33,000 nt of DNA from Dicyema japonicum (GCA_011109175.1 RDEW01000073.1:90662-123661), one strand, 5' to 3'; positions 21,519 through 32,247 are shown, counted from the stretch's first letter. Numbers and translations: made by a program. Notes: generated by a model not told the origin, from the letters alone.

Positions 21519-23309
21519 ATGCCTCTTTCAGTATGTTTGTTTTTGACTGATTAGCGGAAAATTGTCAAGTCAAAGGGGGGAATTTCGTCAAGAAAGCCGC
21601 CAGAAAATGTCTTCAATCTGTTAAACGACGTTGGCGATTCCTGTAAGGGATTAAATTACTTTAAGCCGAACAACTACAGTTCAATGACATCAGTGGTATT
21701 CTGGCCAATTGGGATGGCCAGGAGAAGAATAATACGGATTTTGATGGATGCTGGAAGAAGGACAAAAAAGATGTCAAAAAGATTTTCTCACTCAGACAGG
21801 AAGAAAATAAATCCCCACGTGCTGAGGATAAGGACGCTAAAGAGTGCGAACAGATTACAAGGGAGGACCAGAGTCCAAAGGTGGAACAGGCTGATCAGAC
21901 AAAGGAAGTAGAAAATGCAATTACTGAAGGCGTAACCTCAGTAGGAGACGATAGCCTTGATGGGAAGAAAGATAAATCGATAAAAGATATACTTTTGTCG
22001 AAATTTACCCCCAAATCTGATAAAACTAAAAATGAGGACAAGAAAGCTGGAAAGGTCAAGGAAATCAAGTCCAAAAAGAAGGAATCAAAGACGAGCACTC
22101 CTTCGATCCCTGAAAAAGAGGTCGAAAGTCAGGAAGTAGCCGAGAATTCACCAACGCCTGATAAACCTAAAAAAGAGGACAAGAAAGTTGGAAAGGTTGA
22201 AGAAGTCAAACTCAAAAAGAAAGAATCGAAGACTAGCACTGTCTCGGTTGTGGAAGAAGAGGTCGAAATTCAAGAGGTTGTCAAGACACCACCAATGGCT
22301 GATAAACCTAAAAAGGAGGACAAGAAAGCTGCAAAGGTCAAAGAAGTCAAACTCAAAAAGAAGGAATCAAAGTCTAGTGATGTCTTGGTGGCTGGAGAAG
22401 AGGTCGAAACTCAAGAGGTGGCCAAGACACCACCAACGGCTGATAAACCTAAAAAGGAGGACAAGAAAGCTGCAAAAGTCAAAGAAGTCAAACCCAAAAA
22501 GAAGGAATCGAAGTCTAGTGATGTCTTGATAGCTGGAGAAGAGTCGAACCTCAAGAGGTACCCAAAACGATGCCTAGAATTGACGATAGCAGTGAAAAGG
22601 GTATAAACGCGGAAATAAAAAGGGGGCAATCTTTTGAAACTAAAAGCCCCGCTTCCCCGGAGTGTCCAAAGGACGTCATAGCTGAGATAAGCCTGAAAGT
22701 CGAAAGTACCCTGAAGGCGCAGAACGAACAACCTCAAGAAACCGAAAAATGCAGCGAAAACACTAAAAAAATAAAATCCAAAGAAAAGGCAGAAAAAAAT
22801 CCCAAATCGAAGGAGAAGTCCAATAAGACGGAAGTTTCAAAGTTCCCGGTGGACGAGAAGGCGAAAGCTGATGATGATATGGCCGAAATTAGCAAAAAGG
22901 ATCAAAAATCAGAAAAGGAGGACAACTCGAGTAAAGAGAAGTCGAAGGATGACATAACTCCAAAATCAGAGAAGAGCGAAAAGAAAACTTCAGATAAGGC
23001 CAATAAACTGAAAAAACAAGAAGCGGGAAAAAATCCCAAAACCGGCAAATGTCTTGACCGATCAGAGTCACAAGAGAATTTTTTGCCCGCCAAAAGTAAT
23101 TTAAAGTCTTCTTCTAAATCTTTCAAGTATAACATGGGTAAAGAAGACAAATCAGACTTAATTTTGAAGAAAGATCAAGTATCAAGTGTGGAAGGTGAAA
23201 AAGTAATGGAGTTTGTATAGCTTAGAATCCCCCCCAAAAGAGCGATGATTTGACCAAGGAGGACATAGACCTACAAAAAGAACCAAATAAAGTTGATAAA
23301 CAAGCTTAG
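21519..23309 (+). CDS. Lys/Glu-rich low-complexity protein with 47-aa tandem repeats
   Basis: MPLS|RKIVKS..DS|SEQLQF.. through introns 21531-21554 and 21643-21665. ORFs 21881-22606 and 22570-23220 join if one G is restored at ~22543. Last intron 23203-23225, then NPPQKSDD..KQA*. Confidence 0.8.
22019..22580 (+). repeat. Four ~141-bp coding tandem repeats
   Basis: gataaa(c/a)ct recurs at 22019, 22160, 22301 and 22442. Unit DKPKKEDKKAAKVKEVKLKKKESK...EEVE.QEV.KTPP. Confidence 0.95.
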
Positions 23310-23395
23310 ACAATTAATACTAATTTATTTTATTTTTGAATTATTCAATTTAGTACTGAATATTTGAAATCTTTAATTTTTAAATATTTATTTTT

Positions 23396-24295
23396 GGTCC
23401 TAGCTTTCGCATCTATTTGGAAGCTGCGTTGAGGGACGTTTGAAAAGAATTGGGTCACTTAAATAACCATTTTGTGGAATTAATATATGCTGATGACATC
23501 GATTTTGTGTCTGAAAATGTGGAGGTACTAAGAACTGTAGTAGATAAAGCTACAACAGTTCTGGAGAGGTGGTCTTTGAAGGTCAATTCAGAAAAAAAGG
23601 AGTTAACTTCGATTCAGCAGTTACCAACACGGATTGATGAGAAATGGAGACTTACTAAAAGGCTCGGCTCGTTTTTGGGTGATGCTGAGGACATTGCTCG
23701 CAGAAAGATGTTGGCATCGTGTGCACTAAAAAAGATGTGGAGTATTTGGACTCTGAAAACTTATCTCCTTAAATCTTCGGATGCGCTCATATAACTCGAT
23801 CATACAACCAGTCCTATTATATAACTCGGGAACATGGGAACTTCAAAAACTGACCTTGACAGACTAGACACATTTCATAGAAATCAATTGAGAAAAATTG
23901 CGGGAATCAAATAGCCACAGATTATCAAAAACGACACTCTACAAATTATGTAAATGCATACTGATAAGCAGAGAAGTAATTACCTCACGCTGGCGACTTT
24001 TCGGACATGTTCTGAGAATGGACGAAGTGATTCCTTGCAATCAAGTCATGGAAGATTACTATTCAAATCATGGAATTGGATTTCGGGGTCGGCCAAGATG
24101 CACGCTTCCCCTCTGCCTGAATAACGATTACGCACTCAAAACTGGAGACGATCTTGAGGATATTTGTAAACGCGCGAGGAACAGAGCTAGATAGAGAGGG
24201 CTGACTGGGAGGATAGTCGAGTGTACGGCACGAGCGAAACCCTAGGCATTTTACGTGCTTATGGCAACGCGGAGTGCTATTAACTAACTAACTAT
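23396..24295 (+). mobile_element. 5'-truncated RTE-like LINE (RT C-terminal half) with (TAAC)n tail
   Basis: IYLEAALRD, YADDIDF, LKVN..K, RWRLFGHVLRM, FRGRPR. Ends gagtgctattaactaactaacta. Confidence 0.92.
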
Positions 24296-24309
24296 TTAAC
24301 AAAAAAACA

Positions 24310-24495
24310 AATTTTAGTTTGGAAGCCGGCTGCGTGATCGTGAACGAGTTCCCTCTGAGTATGCCATTCCAATCTTTTGTCTCAACCAAAACCCTTCTCG
24401 TTGATCTTTTTTCTTCATGGCAAGCATTCCTCCGAGTTCGCGCAAGAACTAAAGCGTCATTGGACCAACGGCTCCTGATGACTCAACCGCCACAT
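24310..24495 (-). mobile_element. 3' end of CRE-like (RLE-endonuclease) non-LTR element
   Basis: AVESSGAVGP...FLRELG..LA....DQREGFWLRQKIGMA(I)LRGN resembles the conserved AVET.G.WG...QRLSIAIQRGN terminus. Confidence 0.7.
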
Positions 24496-24652
24496 TATAA
24501 TTTATTTATCAATTAAGAATTTAAAATTGTCGGGTACCGAGATGAACTTGTAAGGCTGTAAGTTTTATTTTCTATATGGTTGAAATTTTTTCTGCACTTT
24601 CCTTTTTTAATTTCTAAAGGGTTTCATGTGATCCATTTGTCTCAGAGACTCC

Positions 24653-24850
24653 CAGTGCTTGGCTAACTAGGGCGATTTTTGTCAATAAAGTCAAAAAATC
24701 ATATGTTTTTTAAAATTGTCTAAAACTTATAAAAATGTGATTTTTAATCAAAAATATTTTATAAATCAAAAGTTATAAAGTCAAAAAAAGTCAAAATTTA
24801 ATTTTTAGGTCAATAAAGTCAAATTTTTAGTTATTTTTTATTTATTAATT
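24653..24850. mobile_element. Orphan DNA-transposon end with subterminal AAAGTCAA repeats
   Basis: Starts CAGTGCTTGGC and carries multiple (t)aaagtcaa / gtcaataaagtcaa motifs in AT-rich sequence. No partner end seen. Confidence 0.5.
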
Positions 24851-24879
24851 TTTAGAGTTTTTGAATAAAATGCATCACA

Positions 24880-24995
24880 GGTTACGGGTTCGATTCTCGC
24901 TGCTGTTCACCTGGTGGAAGGTTCCACGCATCTACGCCGTCATCAGTGATACTCACTGCGGAGCTGGATTGTCTAGAAAAGACCCACACACAAGT
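24880..24995 (+). mobile_element. tRNA-derived SINE-like repeat, copy 1
   Basis: B-box GGTTCGATTC, then gaaggttccacgcatct...gtcatca.tga...tcactgcgga.ct.gat.gtcta shared with 29325-29470. Confidence 0.7.
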
Positions 24996-25120
24996 GAAGA
25001 TAATTCTTTGGTTCTACGATTAGTTAAAGTTAACTGTTCTTTACTTAAATAAAGTGTGTGTCCTGCCTATGCGGAGCTATAAATATTATGGCTCTCGTGA
25101 AAAGGATATCATTATTATTA

Positions 25121-26443
25121 CAGTGCAACCTCCATTTGGGGCAGACCTCCTCATTGGGCACATCTATTTTTGGGGCACTCCAAGGTTTTGGGGCAGTTTA
25201 AAAATTAGATCATTTTTATACAATAATTTCCAAATTTGGAAATTACCTGAACCTCTTAGTGGGGCACTTAATTTTTTTTAATTTATATAAAGTCTTGCAA
25301 TTAATATTAAATTTAATTATATAAAATTTTCTTAAATTCCGCGTGCTAGATTTGCGTTTTTGTTGTCATGGGGAGGAAGCTTACTCTGGAGTTAAAGCTT
25401 AAAATTGCCCAAGAAATCAACGAAAATTGTTTCATGAGCGAGCGAGATATTGTCAAAAAGTATAAAATTAGTAAAGGTTATCTGATAATTCTATTGTTTT
25501 AGTAGTATCTAGAATTAAACAAAATTATATGAACTTTATAAATAATGGGTCCGTACAATTAAAATTGTCTTAGTCAAATTTCACAGAGAAGAGACAGTCT
25601 GTCACAGAAATTCGATAAAATTGTTTATGAATGCTTTTTAAAGCAAGGGAAGAATTTATTCCCGTTTCAGGACCTATTCTTAAAAACCTTTTGCTTGACA
25701 ATGCAAGTTGTCACAAGAATAATCATTTTTCTAACATTGAGCTATTTTTTCTGCCAAAAAATGCAACATCATTAATTCAACCCTTAGATAGTTATTAAAT
25801 CGTTCAAATCCAAATATTTAAATAATTTGATGATTTTACCCTATCTTTTGAGGATGATAAGTTTACAATGTCGAATTTAAAGCAAGTAAATCTCAGACAA
25901 ATAATCAATATTGTTGGGAAGACATGGCAACAAATACACTCTTAATCAATTACTAATTGTTGGAAGAAAATTGATGAATGTCGTTTTCAAACTCTCTCAT
26001 TGGTGAATAATGAATTGGAGAGTTTAGATAACATAAAGATATACTGAAAATGATGACGAGAATATATACGACGAAGTAAAATGTACCTATTTTCATTTGG
26101 AAACAATAACAGCGATGAATACACTTGAAGATAACATTTTCAATTTGTTTCCTGAAGCTTTGAAAGATTATTATAATTTCAGAAAAATATTAGGAATACA
26201 AATGAAAAAATCCGCAACCGGAGGGAAATTAACAGACTATTTTTCTATCGTTAAATAAATTTGTTTTTAATATAATTCTGAAAAATCTATAAAAAAATTA
26301 TATTATCTATAAATTTAATAAAAAGCAAATTTAAATTGTTAAACTGTGGATAAATCTAAAGAAAATGCCCAACCTCCATTTTTGGGAAACCTCTGTTTTT
26401 GGGGCATTTTTTTAAATAGGTGCCCCAAATAGAGGTCATACTG
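25121..26443 (+). mobile_element. pogo/Tigger DNA transposon, internally deleted
   Basis: TIRs cagtgcaacctccatttggggc / gccccaaatagaggtcatactg flanked by TA. CENP-B-like HTH MGRKLTLELKLKIAQEI..SERDIVKKYKISK, and DDE_1 motifs LLDNASCH and FLPKNATSLIQPLD. Confidence 0.93.
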
Positions 26444-27054
26444 TATTATTATTATTAAAAGCACTCCCGAGAAAACATAAATTAGTTAAGTTTCCCTTGT
26501 GCCGTATTCCTAATCATCCTCTTTGTCAACGTCGATCATGATCCTCTGTTGCACGCTATTTCTATTAGGTAGTCCAGATCGTCCGCCGAAATTAGTCTCA
26601 TACCAACCGCCGACAGGTCTTCGTTCAAGATAGTCGAAGTGTCGTTCTTGGTCTTCCGCAAAATCCGTCTCCTGTGTGTGCGAAGTAGTTGAGCATTGCG
26701 AAATTTGAGGGGACCTGGTCATTTAGACGTCTTGATTGAAAATATCATCTGACCTAACGCCGTATTTGCATTTATTATAAAGGTTTGCATCAGAGATCTT
26801 CATAGGCCAGTTAATCTTGATTTTTGAGCTGAGCTCTGTGGAAGTTGTAGGTTAGTATCGGGATGACAAAAGCTTTGTATATTCTAAATCTGGTGTTTAG
26901 TTCTATCCTCTTCTTGTGGCTAGGTCGCAGTTGGTGTTTCTTATGAGGTTGTTTAAGTCCTCTGCAATTGAAAGTTCCCAGAGTGAACGGAGAAGTCGGT
27001 AAAGAATACGAATAAGACATAGTGCAATAGAAATGTCGTCACCACCTCAACCAT
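26444..27054 (-). mobile_element. Internally deleted RTE-like derivative with (TAA)n tail
   Basis: 5' TGGTTGAGGTGGTGACG. MSYSYSLPTSPFTLGTFNCRGLK (APE start) is fused to RFRIYKAFVIPILTYN (post-RT region). 3' hairpin gcac...gtgc, then taataataa. Confidence 0.85.
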
Positions 27055-27079
27055 AAAAGGTTATTGTTTGTGTAAAAGG

Positions 27080-28931
27080 CAAGGTTGTTAGATTTAGATC
27101 ATTTGATTTTAATCAACAAAAAAATCAATGATTTAAATCATTAAAAAAAATTAAATGATTTTTTTTTTAATCTGGAAGAAAGCGTGATGCCTTGTGGGTT
27201 CACTTCGATAAACGTATTATTCCTGGAAAGACCGGGAGTCGAGCTAGATACCGTAATTGCGGGAAGGAGGTATAAGGTCTCAGATGAGGCAGCATCATTT
27301 GTTATGTCGAACTAATATTGATATCTCTGAAAATCTGTTGAAACCTGATAGTGATTTTATAAGCGAATTCCTCCCATGGATGAGGGACCAGTCTTTAATC
27401 AATTTCTTTACTACGACGACGTCATCGAGGAAAAATTTGATTGACATGCAACTCGCTAGATAGATATATTCCAGTAACACTCCTTTTGCTGCTGTAAAAC
27501 ATCCGGATTTTGTCAAATTCGTCCAATTGCTTCTTCCTGAGAATCGTATACCCTCTCATCATCAAATTGGTGGTCCATTGCTCGATCGTGTGTACGACCA
27601 AATACATGAAGACTGTTGGCAAAGACTCCAGGACAAGACAGTGTCTATTATGTTGGACGGGTGGAGTAACATTCATAATGAATCCGTTATTTATTTGTCA
27701 GTTGTAACATCGGATGGAGAAAGTTTTCTAATTGACACTGTGACACCTCTGGATTGGGCTGAACATTATGAATATGCTCTTCCGACTCTGATTAATTTCA
27801 GAGCAAAAGCTGATTCATTCAAACTATACATGTTCGTTCCGGAATTGTTACCTTAAAGTAATTTCACTCTGCAAAAATCTTAGAGCAGTTGCTTCCACAG
27901 GTGGAATTAGAACGATTTTTTTTCGACTTTTGGATTTTTACATTCAAATGGCTGGGAATTGTAAAAGCTGCCAACCATATACCTTGAATCTGCACTCCGC
28001 GACCTCCGTAAATGCTATATAGGAGACATAGAAGAGACATCTTATGCGGATGATGTGGATTTTGTATCACGGGATGTGACCGCACTCCAACACCTGCTAG
28101 AAAATGCACCTGCGGAGCTTGAGAAATGGTTTCTCAGCGTAAATGTTAACAAAACTGAAATTACGGAAATCAAAAGAGAAGACGATATTACTCATGAAAG
28201 ATGGAGACGTACTAATAAGCTCGGCTCTCTACTAGGAGACGCTGAAGATGTACTAAGGAGGAAAACACTGGCAAATGCGGCAATGGCTAAACTGAAGAAA
28301 GGATGGCTAAGGGCCAAAGGACTTGGAATTGACATCAGATGCAGGCTTTACAACGCGTTTGTGAAACCGATCCTACTGTATAACGCTGGGACATGGGGAA
28401 GTTCCTTCAACGAACTATTGAAACTGGATTCGTTCCATAGAAGGCAACTAAGAAGCTTACTCGGAATGGAGTGGCCACGTAGAATATCAACCACTGGTAT
28501 CTACAACAAGTGTATGTGTTCTTACATCAGCAAGGATGTGATAGATGCCCGGTGGAGGCTATTTGGGCATGTACTAAGAATGAACCCGGACGCACCCGCT
28601 AACAAAGCGATGGAAGATTACTTTGACAGATGCGAAAAACCCTTCCGCGGACGACCTAGATCGACACTTCCGACAGCCCTAAACAAAGACTTAAATCGCG
28701 TGAGAAAAAATCTAAAGACGGGAGACGACCTGGACGAATTGAGATCACTCGCATTCGACAGAGGAAGATGGAAAAGACTAACTATAAATATTGTTTCTTT
28801 GAGTGTTGCACATGCGGGGCTATAATCATTATGGCTTTCGTGAAAGTGCTTAAATAATAATTTGTTTCCGAATAAAAAATCATTTAATTCAAAAAAATCT
28901 GATTTAAATCAAAAAAATCCTGTTTAAATCT
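27080..28931 (+). mobile_element. hAT DNA transposon remnant, interrupted by RTE-like LINE
   Basis: Left end CAAGGTTG and GATTTAAATC subterminal repeats at both ends. BED-like LWVHFD...CGKE, catalytic VSIMLDGWSNIHNESVI (DUF659-like), and dimerisation-domain ASTGGIERFFS.FG. Confidence 0.88.
27976..28860 (+). mobile_element. 5'-truncated RTE-like LINE with intact C-terminal ORF (young insertion)
   Basis: IYLESALRD..YADDVDF..LSVNVNKTE..LYNAFVKPILLYNAGTW..RWRLFGHVLRM..FRGRPR, uninterrupted to stop 28825. 3' hairpin and taataa tail. Confidence 0.93.
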
Positions 28932-29324
28932 AAAAGGCTTAAAGTGGCATAGACTGGGAATTAGGACAGATGACTCTGTTGGAGGCTTCTTTGATTGTGG
29001 ATAGCCTGTTCCACTTGTGTCGCCATTAATTGTGGATTTGATTCACCTAGGATTTTCTAATACTACGTCGTGACTTCTTTGATGCATAAGAATCACCATG
29101 AGATCCATCTGTCTTAGGAGATGCCTATTCCCAAACCGGCATTCAAAAATGATCACTTATCTACTCCACTAGAGGAGTTCCAAAAACTGCTGATATGGGT
29201 AGTTGAAAAGGATCCGTCTCAACAGAATATACCCTAATTGGACGTCAATCAACGCTTAACCTTTTCTCGGTATATCCAGGGTAATTAAATTAATCCGGGG
29301 GTATTAAAATAGCTTTATTTATTT

Positions 29325-29470
29325 CGGGTGGCTAAGAGGTCTGAGTTCCCCTAGTTCGAATTTCGGTTGAAGGTTCCACGCATCTGTGAAGCTTTAGCTT
29401 GACGAGTGAGTCATCAATGAATATTTCACTGCGGAACTCGATCGTCTATAAAGGACATACATCCAACAAA
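29325..29470 (+). mobile_element. tRNA-derived SINE-like repeat, copy 2
   Basis: A-box-like TGGCTAAGAGG, B-box-like GTTCGAAT and a core shared with 24880-24995. Confidence 0.7.
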
Positions 29471-29479
29471 AAAAAGTGA

Positions 29480-30000
29480 AGAGCATTCCTTAGCTCTCCC
29501 TCTACGAATAGTTATAATAACCGTGTACTGTCTGAATGGAGCTATAGCTACATGGCTCTGGTCTACCGGCCATCGATGTCTGTGAACAATAATGTCCCAA
29601 GTGAGGTGAATGGTAATGTTCTGAGCCAGGCTCCATTCTCGTTCGTCGATGCAGAAGCCAGAAGCGGCCAGACAATGCTGATCAAACACAGGTTTTATCT
29701 CTTCTATCTTTGAACATAAAAGCTTGTCGTATTATCGTTGTTTATTAGCGTTCTTCGGAAATCCAACACCCAGTCGTGTCCAGAAATCCCGAGCTACGCA
29801 TGCCACTTGTTCAGCGTCCGATCCGTTAATATAGCGTAGGATCTGAGGGCGAGTTATAGTAGTGAGCGTACTCCGATTCCTCCTTAGGGAAGCAGTATTT
29901 TGAGTTGAATCCAGCCACTTTTATAATAAGTAATGTTGAGTGTTCCTTCACGGCAGTCCTCAGCTTCTCGTCGATGGCTCATAGGAAGTTCATGTCAGTG
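29480..30000 (-). mobile_element. Degenerate CRE-like non-LTR fragment
   Basis: GAWLRTLP..LG motif on the minus strand (~29635-29600). Otherwise decayed. Confidence 0.4.
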
Positions 30001-30419
30001 AAACATGGGCTGTCCGTCCGTAAAAAAAAAAGGCTTAAGGTGAAAATTCCTGAGGAAGAATAAAGACTTTTGGGAGTCCAGGGTTTTTAAATTTGATGTC
30101 CTCTACACAAGAAACGTTTATGATTTCATATTTATACGGGTTCGGTTCCAACCAAGTGCCGCAAGTGCAGAGATGACGGACTCGACTTCTGCCACCACAA
30201 ATTCCCAATTAAATCCTACGGGCGCAGCATCCAGGTACTATAGGTTCAGCGGTGTTCGCATCGCTGATGCTGCACAGTCGATTTAATTTTTTTTAAATAA
30301 TTAATTTCATATTTTTTAAATGAGTTTGGGGACCCTAGTGTGGTTGGAATCTTAAGCGATTGTCTGAAGACACAACGAGGTGGTAGGGTGGTTACATTTT
30401 ATTTGTCCAAAGTGTATGA

Positions 30420-31250
30420 TATTTTAAAGTCCAAGGGATTAAAAACCCGCTCGGTTCTGTCAATTGACGTCGCCTATTCTGGTATCGCAAGAAACCGAAT
30501 TCCTCGTGACGGAGGAGGCGGAATTGATGGACTTCTTTCCTCTCACATATCAGGGATCTCATTGCGAGTCATTCAGCTGTACGAGTCTTGTCTTGAGAAA
30601 TGTCATTGGTGATGTTCCCTCTGTCGGGCACTCGAGATCTGGAAATTGGCAAGGGGACCAGCTTGGACCACTCCTCTTTGTCAATCGATGATGTTACTCC
30701 CCGCTCAACGCATGATATCTGGATGACGCTATGATCGGAAGGTCACATGAATCTGTTTTGGATGACCTCTATGTTATTGTCCGTCTTTGAAGGGTCTTGG
30801 TTTGGCCCTTAATACCTCGAAGACTGAGATTATCCACATATGTAGTTGGCAGAGTTCTCAAAGATCAGTTTTCTGGAGCTAAAATCAGGGGTGTGGGTAA
30901 ATCGTCTTTCCTAAGGGCTTGTTTTGATGACGAGAGTGTTTCCGCAAGGAATCTTTGTTGCACTTTCTATCTAAGTATTTCATCACCAAATTACATCATC
31001 GAACCTATTGGACTTGGAGATATGACGATCTTCCCGTTCTCCAAAGGAAGCTCTTTTGTATAGTGCATAACCTGTGTTGATGCCTTCTCGCCGAATGTGA
31101 TTACCGCTATGAACATAGACGCGCCAAAATGATACCCCGAAGCACCGATGTATTCTCCAAGTGTATAGAAAGTGCATTGGGTCGCGGGAGGAACATCGAG
31201 AAAAGTTAATAAGACTACTAAGAGAAGCTGAAATCACCTAGTAAACATGG
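30420..31250 (+). mobile_element. Degenerate CRE-like reverse transcriptase
   Basis: SIDVA(NAF), SGNWQGDQLGPLLF, YLDDAMIG and GLALNTSKTEI motifs across frameshifts. Confidence 0.75.
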
Positions 31251-31827
31251 TTCCTCCCTACTTAGCGGTGATTTTATTTATTTTTTTTTAATAAAATAAA
31301 TTGGAGAAATTGAAATAAATAAATAAGAAAGATCAATACTTGGATAGGGATAACTTTTTCAAAGAGTAGTAATTGGAAAATGCTCTAAATATTTTAATTT
31401 AAGAAACCACATGACCGCTAGGAAAGGTGTCAAACCAACTAATTAATTTCTCCAACTTCTAGTAACTTCCGTACTCTCATTGGGCGGTCCAGCGATACCA
31501 CCGTTTTCCGAAAGTGTTTTCTGCTGAGGAACTGGATCGGAACTCATCCACGTGGGTAACAATTTCCCCAAATAGCAGAAGTGGAAACATCATTTTGATA
31601 ACGCAATTATTCCTCGTGTCTATCCCCGACATTAGTGACCCCGAAGCATCATTATTTCAAAAATACAGAATTCCGACGTCTCCCAATTCATTACGAAGGG
31701 GGACGCGGCTTATCGAGAAGATGCAGACATCAGGTGTACTTTAGCTGTGCCATGGTACCCCAGAGCAACGTCACCACCCGACCCATTAACCTTAGATACT
31801 ACAACAAAGTAATAAAAAATATAAAAA

Positions 31828-32247
31828 TTATTGAGAAAATTCTAAAATTTGCTCATAAAAATCAATGACATGGTAGGGATAACGGAGATTGGCTTCCTCA
31901 GCCGAGAGAATGTCGGTCTCCTTGGAATTCTTCCTGAAATGTACATAAGTGTTACCATCTCATAGTGAACGTTAGTTTACCATCAATCATATTAGCGTCC
32001 TCAATGTAGGAAGGTTCTTTCACGACACATTCTTTAGTTTTCTTACTCTTCTTGGTTACCTTAGCAACCTTGGATTCGTATTTTTTGATAAGGTAGTTAC
32101 AATTCATATTATCAATTGGTTCCCATGTATTTTCAGAGCTATCACTATTTATCAATGTTAACCTAGAAAACCCTTCCATTTGACTAAATAGTGCTTCTTT
32201 CCATTGAGAATGCTATCATCCAGTATTGACTCCACCTCGAACTCCAT
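31828..32247 (-). CDS. CBX1: Heterochromatin protein 1 (chromo + chromoshadow), minimal ~124 aa
   Basis: MEFEVESILD..GKKHYLVKWKGFS.SENTWEPIDNMNC and FTMRWKNSKETDILSAEEANLRYPYHVIDFYEQIL. Introns of 24 and 22 nt. One T missing at 32167-32170. The paralogue (CBX1/3/5) cannot be assigned. Confidence 0.92.

Noticed and set aside
22019-22580. CRISPR-like array
   Set aside because: These are in-frame 141-bp coding repeats with no unique spacers, in a eukaryotic context with no cas genes.
24885-24900. tRNA gene
   Set aside because: B-box only with no cloverleaf. Better explained as a SINE head.
31430-31790. ORFs 31514-31744 and 31635-31868 as genes
   Set aside because: RLPIHYEGGRGL suggests a decayed non-LTR RT piece, with no exon structure.
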